NCBI GenBank assembly: GCA_032718475.1
Contig: JAUCBJ010000449.1
Span: 1-63,048 of the forward strand
Direction of reading: 5' to 3'
From: Nemertoderma westbladi
Lineage: Eukaryota; Animalia; Xenacoelomorpha
DNA length: 63,048 nt
In this document: positions 12,583-23,055 of the stretch, one piece after another
Layout of the letters: every line of letters begins with the position of its first letter
Numbering within the stretch: position 1 is the first letter of the stretch
Notes under the pieces: generated by a model
Told to the model about the DNA's origin: nothing
Seen by the model: the letters and a program-made list of their open reading frames with translations, nothing else
Databases searched by the model: none
Made by a program: the position numbers and the translations under genes

Positions 12583-14740
12583 CTGTAACACTAGAGGTAT
12601 AACTGCAAAAGGAAGAGTTAGAGGTGGGAAGGCAGAAGTTAGAGTTGTGAGGGGATCAGTTAGAGGTGGGAGGGGAAAAGGTAGAGGTGCAAGGGGAGCA
12701 GTTGGAGGGGCGAGAGGAGTAGTTAGGGGTGCGAGAGCAGTAGTTAGAGATGCGAGAGGAGAAGCGAGTGGAGACGGAGTGGGAAGTATGGGAGGATCTG
12801 AGGAGGGTGTGGGAGACTGTGTTGGAAGTAGAGTTAGAGGAGGTTCTGTGGAGGTTGTACAGAGATGTACGGAGGGAAGTACAGGATGATCTGTGGACGG
12901 TATGGAAGACGGAGTGGGAAGTACAGAAGGTTCTGTGGAGGGTGTGGGAGACGGAGTGGGAAGTACAGGAGGATCTGTGGAGGGTGTTGGAAGTACAGGA
13001 GGTTCTCTGGACGGTGTGGGAAGTACAGGATGATCTGTGGATGGTGTGGGAGACGGAGTGGGAAGTGCAGGAGGTTCTGTGGACGGTGTGGGAGACGGTG
13101 TTGGGAGTACAGGATGATCTGTGGATGGTGTGGGAGACGGAGTGGGAAGTGCAGGAGGTTCTGTGGACGGTGTGGGAGACGGAGTGGGAAGTACAGAAGG
13201 TTCTGTGGACGGTATGGAAGACGCAGTGGGAAGTACAGAAGGTTCTGTGGAGGGTGTTGGAGACGGTGTTGGAAGTACAGGATGATATGTGGATGGTGTG
13301 GGAGACTGAGTGGGAAGTACATGAGGTTCTGTGGACGGTGTGGGAGACGGTGTTGGGAGTACAGAAGGTTCTGTGGAGGGTGTGGGAGACGGTGTTGGAA
13401 GTACAGGAGGTTCTCTGGACGGTGTGGGAGACGGTGTTGGAAGTACAGGAGGTTCTGTGGACGGTGTGGGAGACGGTGTTGGAAGTACAAAGGTTCTGTG
13501 GAGGGTGTGGGAGACGGTGTTGGAAGTACAGGAGGTTCTCTGGACGGTGTGGGAGACGGTGTTGGAATTACAGGGGGTTCTCTGGGGGGTGTGGGAGACG
13601 GAGTTAGATGTACAGGAGGTTCTGTGGAGGGTGTGGGAGACGGAGTAGGAAGTACAGGAGGTTCTGTAGAGGGTGTGGGAGACGGTGTTGGAAGTACAGC
13701 AGGTTCTGTGGAGGGTGTGGGAGACGGTGTTGGAAGTACAGGGGGTTCTCTGCAGGGTGTGGGAGACGGAGTTGGATGTCCAGGAGGTTCTGTGGAGGGT
13801 GTGGGAGACGGAGTAGGAAGTACAGGAGGTTCTGTGGAGGGTGTGGGAGACAGTGTTGGAAGTACAGCAGGTTCTGTGGAGGGTGTGGGAGACGGTGTTG
13901 GAAGTACAGCAGGTTCTGTGGAGGGTGTGGGAGACGGTGTTGGAAGTACAGGGGGTTCTCTGGAGGGTGTGGGAGACGGAGTTAGATGTACAGGAGGTTC
14001 TGTGGAGGGTGTGGGAGACGGAGTAGGAAGTACAGGAGGTTCTGTGGAGGGTGTGGGAGACGGTGTTGGAAGTACAGCAGGTTCTATGGAGGGTGTGGGA
14101 GACGGAGTGGGAAGTACAGGAGGATCTGTGGAGGGTGTGGGAGACGGTGTTGGAAGTACAGCAGGTTCTGTGGAGAGTGTGGGAGACGGTGTTGGAAGTA
14201 CAGGGTGTTCTCTGGAGGGTGTGGGAGACGGAGTTGGATGTCCAGGAGGTTCTGTGGACGGTGTGGAAGACGGTGTTGGGAGTACAGGATGATCTGTGGA
14301 TGGTGTGGGAGACGGAGTGAGAAGTACATGAGGATCTGTGGAGGGTGTGGGAGACGGATTGTGAAGTACAGGAGGTTCTGTGGACGGTGTGGAAGACGGT
14401 GTTGGAAGTACAGGATGTTCTGTGGATGGTGTGGGAGACGGAGTGGGAAGTACAGGAGGTTTTGTGGATGGTGTGGGAGATGGTGTTGGAAGTACAGGAT
14501 GATATGTGGATGGTGTGGGAGACAGAGTGGGAAGTACAGGAGGTTATGTGAAGGGTGTGGGAGATGGAGTGGGAAGTACACGGGGATATGTGGACTTGTG
14601 TAGGGTGTGGGAGACGGAGTGGGAAGTACAGGAGGATCTGTGGAGGGTGTTTGAGGGAGTGGGAAGTACAGGAGGACATGTGCACTTATGGAGGATGTTG
14701 GCAACTCAGTGGGAGGTATGGAAGGTTCTGTGGAGGGTAA
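12583..14740 (-). CDS. Possible Pro/Thr/Ser-rich mucin-like exon (frameshifted; may be non-coding)
   Basis: The 14-aa PTS repeat continues into a PLAPLTT-type heptad tail and ends at CAG|GTGAGA (12583/12582). The frame is broken near 13489 and 14580-14660, and a C-rich strand lacks stops by composition. Confidence 0.25.
12771..14738. repeat. 42-bp G-rich tandem repeat, ~47 copies; minus strand reads as mucin-like [14 protein letters not shown]
   Basis: Unit GTGTGGGAGACGGTGTTGGAAGTACAGGAGGTTCTGTGGAGG, with 30-bp variants near 12963-13023 and one 41-bp unit near 13489. Confidence 0.95.
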
Positions 14741-15757
14741 GGATGCAACTGATGAATAATTTACAGGACCTAAAGGTCCTAACTTCTTTTTGTCGTCAAA
14801 AATTGATTTAGGGCCTTTAGGTTCTTAAGCGACGAAATATAGGCAAGTTACATTGTTCAAATGTTTTAATAAACTTTTTTATCATTTTTCCTGAAATGAG
14901 GACCATAACGATTTATTATGATTGTTTATATTTTCAAATAAGGTTTATTTGGAGGTATTACTGGGATGAGGTATGGCTCCCACTCGGAGACGACATATCT
15001 CAGTGTAATTACAACTGGTGTTACATGGTATCGGAAATCACTATTCAAGAGCTCTGATTGGCTGATATCGGGTGTTACATTGTGGGACATGTGTTACAGG
15101 AATGGACATCTGTTTTTCTCAATTATTTGTTACCATTTATATGTTCGGGGCTATTGGGAAATTAACACCATTGAATTCAGCGCATCGTGGGCTTTCTGGT
15201 GATATATAATATTACATACTTTGGGAAACTTTATTTTTTACAAAAAAAAAGGATTTTATTTGGCCACTTTTTGCGAATTTGAGCCACCTTAGTATTTTGC
15301 TAATATCTAAGGCAATTTTTGTAAAAATTAAAACGGTTTTCAGATTCGGAATTAGATGAAGGCGGTTCTAATGATATCCAGATTACATTTCAAAGACGAC
15401 AAATAAGTGGCACAATATTTCCAAATAGACGATTTTGAATGGCTTGTTGTATCGAAATAGCTCAGCAATTGAAAAATCCGGGTCTGCCAGCAGTACGAAA
15501 ATTTGTTGAACTGTCATCATACAAAATTTCGTGCATATGATTGAAATTTAAAAAAAAATGGGGGGGGGGGGGGGTGGGGGGGCTCCGACACCCTAAAAAT
15601 GGTTGTTGTATTAAGGGAGATTGTGTATGTAGTGCAGATGCGCATTGGATTCTATGTAATTAATTTTCCTGTAATTTTTTTAATAACTCATAAAAACTTC
15701 ATAATCATTGTATAATATGGTCCAATTGAAATTTAAATTATAGTTGAAGGTTTAGTG

Positions 15758-17715
15758 TTAACATAACTTGCGAATGTTTTCTTTGACAAGCCGTTGTATT
15801 TCTGCCAATAACTTTGGGAAGTACAATGTGAATAGTTTTCTGTTCGAGAGATCAATTGCTTTATAGTTCCTTAGTAGCCGCTTGCTTACTGTTGATCCGT
15901 CTGGGGGCCACTGCATATATTCCAACATGACGGGCACTACAGCGGTATCCGTGGCAACCGCTGTTTGTAGATCGTGTGTACAATTACCCGACACCATGTA
16001 TTTGTTCGTTACGCAACACAAGAGAACACTTGCCTTGTTTATGTTCTCGTATATAAGTCCATCGAGAGTTTTTCCACGCATTGCGGCCATCTTCTCGGGT
16101 CGAAGTATGCCGCCGTTGGAGAGAGCCGCCCAACACGAGAACCCGTGATCAGTAAGAATTCCAGCTAATTCCTCTGCTATCGCTTGTGAGTCCCAATGGT
16201 AACTAACGACAATGTCCACCCCTGTGTGTATGGTACCAGTATAATCTCTGCCTTCCTCTGTCCCTTTTATATCCTTCAGACTCGTTATTTTTTTCTCCAT
16301 ATCATGCATGTAGGTTTGATCTATCTTCACTCCTGGCAGCAAACTGGTTGGTGTCATCTGGTAGACCAGCACCGAAACGGCCTCAGCCTGGGATTCCTTC
16401 TCAAAATCTATTGTCGGTTGTCCCCCTAGCACTGATCTCAGAAGTGGACTCATGCTGGGCCATACATGGTGAATCAAGGCAATCGCTATTGGTTTATTTA
16501 GTGAACATGCTAACAGTATCTCTAGATACACTAACTGTGATTGGACGGCATCTTTAGTTAGCATAACAACTACAGAAGAAGCGCCTGCTATTCGCGCACT
16601 GTTTATGAAGAGAAATTCTTCTCTCGATTCACCCAAGTTCTTGTTGTCATGACTTTCCACGGTTATTTTTCGTTTTGTGAGTTCCTCTTTCATAATTTGA
16701 GCGTGTCTCACATCCGGCGGATGGTATATGACGTACGCAGTGTGCGGCTGTACTCGTATCTGTTTACAGCGGTTCAACCACGCCGATTCCAAGCTTGCTT
16801 CTCGATCCAAACACTGTTGAACACTCCGAGTAATTCTATCCCTAACCACAGTTTTATCAACACCGAAGTAGTACTGTAGATCGGTATCCGTCATACGAAC
16901 CACCAAGTATCCATCGATTAACTTCTCCGCTATTCTCATTCGTATGTACTCCTTGATACCGAGCGCACGCAACCAGCCTTGCACCTCCAGTCGGTTCCAT
17001 TGTTGGATCGGTTTGTGACGAAATCCTTCTGAGTGGTCTAGAGGCCCCGGTGTTTCCGGGGCCACAACTAATTTTGTGGTACTAAATTTTTCTAAGCGAT
17101 GAAGCAAACTGCCCACTACAACTGAGGCCTTCTCCACGACCGATCTTGATCTCAGAGGATCTTCTGACACATTGACTACGTGCGATTTACTCTTAATAAA
17201 TTCATTGTAGTCCTCGGGTATGTCACACTCCTCCATGATGACCACGTATACGCGGATAGACTTGGGATTCTTCCAATGGCGTTCTAGACAAACCCTCCCT
17301 TCTGTTGACGAGGCTACCGATTTGAAATATCCCGGGGATAGGAATAGGATTGCCGCTCGACATTTTTCTACGGCTTCCATGCGTAGGATATATAACAACG
17401 ACGACTCTAGACACTGCTCATCTCGATCAAACCAAATATCTCGCCCCAAGTTATTCTCCTTAAACTCTCTGGTTACTTCACGAATTAAGTAACGGGATGT
17501 AAATTTAGCATCCGGATCGTAAGATATGAATATGTTTTTCTTTTTAGTTTTTTTAGATCGACTATCTGAGTTGTTAATACTCTTATTTTCTGTTACTTCT
17601 GTACCTGTTGTAGGTTTCTCACTCAATGTTGTTTCAGTGACCGCAGATTCGACAACTTCTTTCTTCTTTTCATCGTTGCGTTCTTCACTAATATCACTTA
17701 CTGAAGCAACTTCTC
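15758..17715 (-). CDS. Main exon of TIR-SAM-TIR-TIR protein
   Basis: TIR1 ~17536-17090 (NIFISY...IWFD...AILFLSPGYFKSVASSTE). SAM ~17011-16808 (PIQQWNRLEVQGWLRALGI...IDGYLVVRMTDTDLQ). TIR2 ~16741-16352 (AYVIYH...VVVMLTKDAVQSQLVYLE...NKPI). TIR3 ~16219-15785 (DIVVSYHWDSQ...GFSCW...VLLCCVTNKYMVSGNCTHD...VVPV). Acceptor TTTTTTACATCACAG ends at 17716 (phase 1). Confidence 0.85.
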
Positions 17716-18030
17716 CTGTGATGTAAAAAATGAACATAAAATATTTTAAGTTTGTAATGTACATAGTCATCAACGTTCATAGCGTATTCCCCTTATTTTC
17801 CACTACTATACGCTATTTTTACAGACTAAGATCAGTATCAATCTACATACTACATCAGAATCCATCATCACTAGCAACCACTGTCAATCATCGAACAATA
17901 TATATATTGTATGTACCAATAATTAATAACAATATTCAAATTCGTTATCTTTGGATTATATTGATGTTCCCCATCGACAATTCTAATTCATATACACCGT
18001 GAGTACGGGTCTACGGGTGAGTAAAATGCT

Positions 18031-18923
18031 TCCGAGGTAACTCACCTCCCCTTGTTTCCAAGGTTACTTACCTCCCCTTGTTTCTACTTGTTTCCAAGGT
18101 AACTTACCTCCCCTTGTTTCTTCCTTGTTTCCAAGGTTACTTACCTCCCCTTGTCTCTTCCTTGTTTCCAAAGTTACTTACCTCCCTTTGTGTCTTCCTT
18201 GTTTCCAAGGTTACTTACCTCCCCTTGTCTCTTCCTTGTTTCCAAGGTAACTTACCTCCCTTTGTGTCTTCCTTGTTTCCAAGGTAACTCACCTCCCCTT
18301 GTTTCCAAGGTTACTTACCTCCCCTTGTTTCTACTTGTTTCCAAGGTAACTTACCTCCCCTTGTTTCTTCCTTGTTTCCAAGGTTACTTACCTCCCCTTG
18401 TCTCTTCCTTGTTTCCAAAGTTACTTACCTCCCTTTGTGTCTTCCTTGTTTCCAAAGTTACTTACCTCCCTTTGTGTCTTCCTTGTTTCCAAAGTTACTT
18501 ACCTCCCTTTGTGTCTTCCTTGTTTCCAAGGTAACTTACCTCCCCTTGTTTCTTCCTTGTTTCCAAGGTTACTTACCTCCCCTTGTCTCTTCCTTGTTTC
18601 CAAAGTTACTTACCTCCCCTTGTTTCCAAGGTTACTTGCCTCCCCTTGTTTCTACTTGTTTCCAAGGTAACTTACCTCCCCTTGTTTCTTCCTTGTTTCC
18701 AAGGTAACTTACCTCCCCTTGTTTCTTCCTTGTTTCCAAGGTAACTTACCTCCCCTTGTTTCTTCCTTGTTTCCAAGGTTACTTACCTCCCCTTGTCTCT
18801 TCCTTGTTTCCAAAGTTACTTACCTCCCCTTGTTTCTTCCTTGTTTCCAAAGTTACTTACCTCCCCTTGTTTCTTCCTTGTTTCCAAAGCTACTTACCTC
18901 CCTTTGTGTCTTCCTTGTTTCCA
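18031..18923 (-). repeat. 37-bp minisatellite (~25 copies) spanning the exon/intron donor of the TIR gene
   Basis: Minus-strand unit GGAAACAAGGAAGAAACAAGGGGAG|GTAAGTAACCTT, with 25-bp short variants. The first unit overlaps the last ~25 nt of the upstream exon. Confidence 0.95.
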
Positions 18924-19207
18924 TTAATAACATCAATGACATTATTTTTGTTCTCACTTTGGATCTCACTATTTTCTTCTTTAGTACCGGATTCACGTTC
19001 ATTGGTTTCATTAACTTTCTTATCCGCTGTGTTTGAGTTATTGTCTTCATCCAGATTTCCCTTCTCAATTTCATCATCTGCGTTTATCTCAATAACATCT
19101 GCTGATGCTGTTTGTTCGTCATCTTCGTTATTTTGGATCGAATCAATTTGTTCAACTTCATTAAATTCCTTCTCATCATGAACATTTGATAGACTAGATT
19201 CGCTCAT
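18898..19207 (-). CDS. First coding exon (acidic, low-complexity N-terminus) of the TIR-SAM-TIR-TIR gene
   Basis: ATG at 19207 begins MSESSLSNVHDEKEF...EDTKG. Donor GAG|GTAAGT at 18898/18897. The exon is 310 nt (phase 1), matching the phase-1 acceptor at 17716/17715. The joined CDS is 2268 nt (755 aa). Confidence 0.72.
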
Positions 19208-19504
19208 GTTCTTCTATTTACAAACACCCCTAGTGGTTGTTATTATTTCTGGTGTTGATTAATAACTAGATACACAACATAATTAATATCCCAAGATCAT
19301 CGCAACTGATTCAAAATTTGAATTGTAAATTCTTTGAAATGTTTTCGGAAGTTGCGCAATAACATACAAACGATTACTCTCAGTATAATATTTTCGCAGG
19401 ATCCAAAAAGTGTAATACTTTCATCAAACCTAAATTCAATCCAGTTAATTAGCGATATTGTTCCATATTCCCCCAGGAGGGGAGGGGGTCTTTCTTGAAA
19501 CGGT

Positions 19505-20063
19505 TGTAAATCCTAAACCACTCACAAAACTTAGTCTACAGTAACATGTAAATCCTAAACCACTCACAACTTAGTCTACAGTAACATGTAAGTAAATCCT
19601 AAACCACTCACAAAACTTAGTCTACAGTAACATGTAAATCCTAAACCACTCACAAAACTTAGTCAACAGTAACATGTAAATCCTAAACCACTCACAAAAC
19701 TTAGTCTACAGTAACATGTAAATCCTAAACCACTCACAAAACTTAGTCTACAGTAACATGTAAATCCTAAACCACTCACAAAACTCAGGTCTACAGTAAC
19801 ATGTAAATCCTAAACCACTCACAAAACTTAGTCTACAGTAACATGTAAATCCTAAACCACTCACAAAACTTAGTCTACAGTAACATGTAAATCCTAAACC
19901 ACTCACAAAACTCAGGTCTACAGTAACATGTAAATCCTAAACCACTCACAAAACTTAGTCTACAGTAACATGTAAATCCTAAACCACTCACAAAACTTAG
20001 TCTACAGTAACATGTAAATCCTAAACCACTCACAAAACTCAGGTCTACAGTAACATGTAAATC
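19505..20063. repeat. 42-bp minisatellite, ~13 copies, upstream of the TIR gene ATG
   Basis: Unit CATGTAAATCCTAAACCACTCACAAAACTTAGTCTACAGTAA, with 43-bp CTCAGG variants. The minus strand carries TTTT|GTGAGT in every unit. Confidence 0.95.
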
Positions 20064-20610
20064 GCATTGATATTGAATTTGTAATATATATAATATATTT
20101 TGTCCAAGTTTTGCTTTAGATCAGTTTGCAGTGTATTATTTATCATAGTTACCTTTATTCTTTTCTCTATGAATATTTGAATAGTAATGCGATATATTAT
20201 TAGAGCCAACTAAATTCATTCGGCCCCATTGAGTCTGTATCGTAGTACCCGCTTATTCTGGGTTCAAGCTATGTTATCTTTTTGGTTAACTGTTTATTGT
20301 TTGATTGACCTTAAGCCACAGGCTATCGAATTATTCTATATTAAATCCACATTTTTGGCAAATATTCTCCTAATTATGTCCCGGAGTTAAGTATAAAGAA
20401 TGCCATGTAGTTGTTATCCAATACAAGAATCCGGAGGGGCCACTTAGTAATAAATAGGATTGGAAGAAATTGATTAGCTACTATGAGACGTTGATCTGTA
20501 AAGCCTCGGTTCGATCCCCTGCGACTCAATTTCTTATTATTGCCCCTTTCTGCAGTAATTGAGCCCATTAATTACTAAAATATCTCGCCTATACTGTAAG
20601 CCTACTCTTA

Positions 20611-20995
20611 GGCCCGTGCTCCACTGGTAAGTCATATGTCATAAGTCGAAATAAATTATGGAACATGTGGTTTCAAATCGAGCGTCTCTACTGGTATGTC
20701 ATAAGTCGTTTGTTACGACACATGAGTCGAAAGTGATTATGTCCCATGTTCCATTTTTGACATATGACCCTGACCCATGCGTTCTTTCTGGCAAGAGGCA
20801 TGTGATTGGTTACTTTGGGTAGCAGTAAGCAATTAAATGTTCAAGTCAAGTGTTCCATTAAATGTGAGACGCATCTTATTTTTTAAGACTTTACCAGTGG
20901 AGAACGGGAGCTATACTTTTGACATACGGACTCAGACAAAATCTGAAAACGATTTATGACATACGACACATGTGTTGTCAGTTGGAGCACGGACC
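20611..20995. mobile_element. PIF/Harbinger (Tourist-like) MITE, 385 bp
   Basis: TIRs GGCCCGTGCTCCACTG ... CAGTTGGAGCACGGACC. TTA target-site duplication at 20608-20610 and 20996-20998. Subterminal TATGTCATAAGTCG motifs are mirrored by CGATTTATGACATA. Confidence 0.75.
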
Positions 20996-21803
20996 TTAAT
21001 ATTTTATATTCACGCCGAATTTTGTAAGTATTTTATTAAATTTCAGTTTTTTTTTTATGATTTAGTTGGATTGGGCTTGGATTTGAGATTGGAATATTAT
21101 TACCAACGGTACTGGGCCTACTAATTGAGCTAGAGTAACATTATACTGTAGGCCTATATCATTTAAAATTAAACCATAACAAGTATAGACACATAATATA
21201 ATTATGTTGATTGCCCATAAATCTGAACTCTGGTAAATACACATTACACTGAAACGAATTCAATAAGAACATAAACCTTCAGGATTGTTATAAGGACCTG
21301 CTCTGGCGACTTGCAGCGTTGTACTGTAGCTTATAGGTTATGTCAACTCACCTTTATATTCGTATTTCCCCTCAAGGTAAAGCATTAATGATATATCCCC
21401 CACTTTTGAAAATAACCCATAATTGGATGAGAAATCCTAAAATAAACCATAAAAAGGCCCCACCCCGCACCTGACTTTTATTTTATACTAGAAAAGTTTA
21501 AATAAGTTTTTTAAAAATTTCCGATCGCTCCGCACGCCTTTGCATTATTGTTAGTTATCATTTAGTTTAATTTTATAGTGGGCCTACCATTATAATGAGA
21601 ATAGTTAACACCACCAAAGCCTAAAAAAGGTACTGTAATTAGCTAATTAATCACCAAAGAAAGTTACCAGTTTTCATCAAAATTTTACAAAAGTGCACAC
21701 TTAGGGGTCCGCAGTTGAGAATAACCTCTCGAAATGGTTAAGACGTGTAGTGACTTATAAAAGGGAAACTCTAAACCCCTTGATGATAGAGGTTGTTTTT
21801 TTA

Positions 21804-21834
21804 CCGCCGCAAGGCGGAAAAGGGCTTTAGCCCT
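21804..21834. other. Tandem hairpin pair at the start of each array unit (first copy)
   Basis: CCGCC-GCAA/GTAA-GGCGG, then AAA, then AGGGC-TTTA-GCCCT, followed by CACTAA. Present in all 24 units. Confidence 0.85.
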
Positions 21835-23024
21835 CACTAACTACTATATACACCTCACCCAATACTAAAAATCCGGGAATGTGGAAGAAAGGGGGGTATT
21901 TGGGCGAGTTAGGGTATAAGGGGGCGTTTAGGGGGCAAGCCGACCATCCCAGTAGGTGGATAGACCCCCTATTAACTTTCTAAATTTTGATTTCGAGCGA
22001 ATCCGACCGACGGTTTTCGAGTTGGGCCCAATGGAACGTTTTAGAAATTTGAATTTCCCGCCAAACGCTACAGCCAAACTGGCTATAGATGGAGACTAGC
22101 GGCCAACGGGATCGCGTAGGGGGTATAGATGTTAGTCCAGCTCATTCTTTTTTTGGAACGACTCGACCTATAGGGGCCGATCGGTAGCTGATCGAACACG
22201 ATCTTTACGATCTTTGGCGAAATACGTCCGGAAGGAGTGGGAATTTGGGAAAAGTTTGAAAGTAGAAAATGTTCCTCACCCCCGAATTATGCTAGACGGA
22301 CCCGATAAAAATTTGAAAAAAATTAATTCTAGGGGGTCTACGGGGCCAACGAAGCTTTCCGATTGGACGATATTATTTTCGCCTATTACTACGGGAAGGA
22401 ACGGTTTTAAGTTAAAACATGTACAAGAGATATGGTCGGGAAGCGCGAGCTCTATCCAACGGATACGGTCCCGGGATCGTAAATTAAGAAGTTCTCGAGA
22501 TATAGAGGAAAATTAACGAGTCGTTAAAAAATGCAGTAATTAGCAATTAGCGCTAATTAAGAGCGAATTAATTAATCGATTCTCGAAATTAACGGTGCCA
22601 ATCGATGGGAAACAACGAGAGGAGCTCGCCAATTTTTTAAATTTTCGAAAAGACCCAGCGGAAGCCGAGATAAATGGATTTTCGTAAAATCGGGGTCCCG
22701 ACCACCAAGTCGAATATCAGCGTCGAATCGCCACCTTTGGGAAGTAGGCGAAAATATACCGAAAAAGCAAAACGAGCGATATTGATTTAAAATTCGAAAC
22801 TTTTTGGTCGATACGGGTTCGCTAGTGGACGATATACACTATTTTAGTCAATTTATCCAAAAGGGTCATTTTTATGATCTTTGATCATGATCTTTATGAT
22901 CTTTGGCCTAAAGCATGGAATAAGAGTATTTTTATATTAAATTGTAATTCGTACATTATAAGCAAAGTCTATGGGGACATTTTCAGACATACTTTAAAGT
23001 TTATCTTTGAAATTTAAATCATTT

Positions 23025-23055
23025 GTTCACCCAGCCATGCAATGGCTGGGTGAAC
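23025..23055. other. Perfect 14-bp-stem hairpin in each array unit (first copy)
   Basis: GTTCACCCAGCCAT-GCA-ATGGCTGGGTGAAC. It appears unchanged in the complete units although its flanks vary. Confidence 0.88.

Larger units (their letters stand above)
11716..15286. mobile_element. Putative non-autonomous DNA element bounded by 28-bp inverted repeats
   Basis: TGGCTCAAACTCGCAAACAGTGGCCAAA (11716-11743) matches the reverse complement of 15259-15286 at 26/28 positions. An inner AAAGTTTCCCA / TGGGAAACTTT pair is also present. No TSD identified. Confidence 0.4.

Noticed and set aside
15559-15582. Poly-G run
   Set aside because: An isolated homopolymer with no supporting context.
20470-20530. tRNA or SINE head (GGTTCGATCCC B-box at 20508-20518)
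   Set aside because: No convincing A-box or cloverleaf. At most a decayed SINE fragment.
21818-21838. Histone 3' stem-loop
   Set aside because: The 5-bp AGGGC/GCCCT stem does not fit the 6-bp GGYYCT-TTTN-AGRRCC consensus, and no histone ORF is present.
21782-21840. Hammerhead or twister ribozyme (retrozyme-type satellite)
   Set aside because: I saw no CUGANGA...GAAA core on either strand, and the twister L4 loop and pseudoknot elements are missing. A cmscan run would settle it.
22214-22516. 100-aa ORF repeated in every array unit
   Set aside because: It has a TTG start and no recognisable domain, with nonsense (30894, 51829) and frameshift (48344) copies. Its conservation simply tracks DNA homogeneity.
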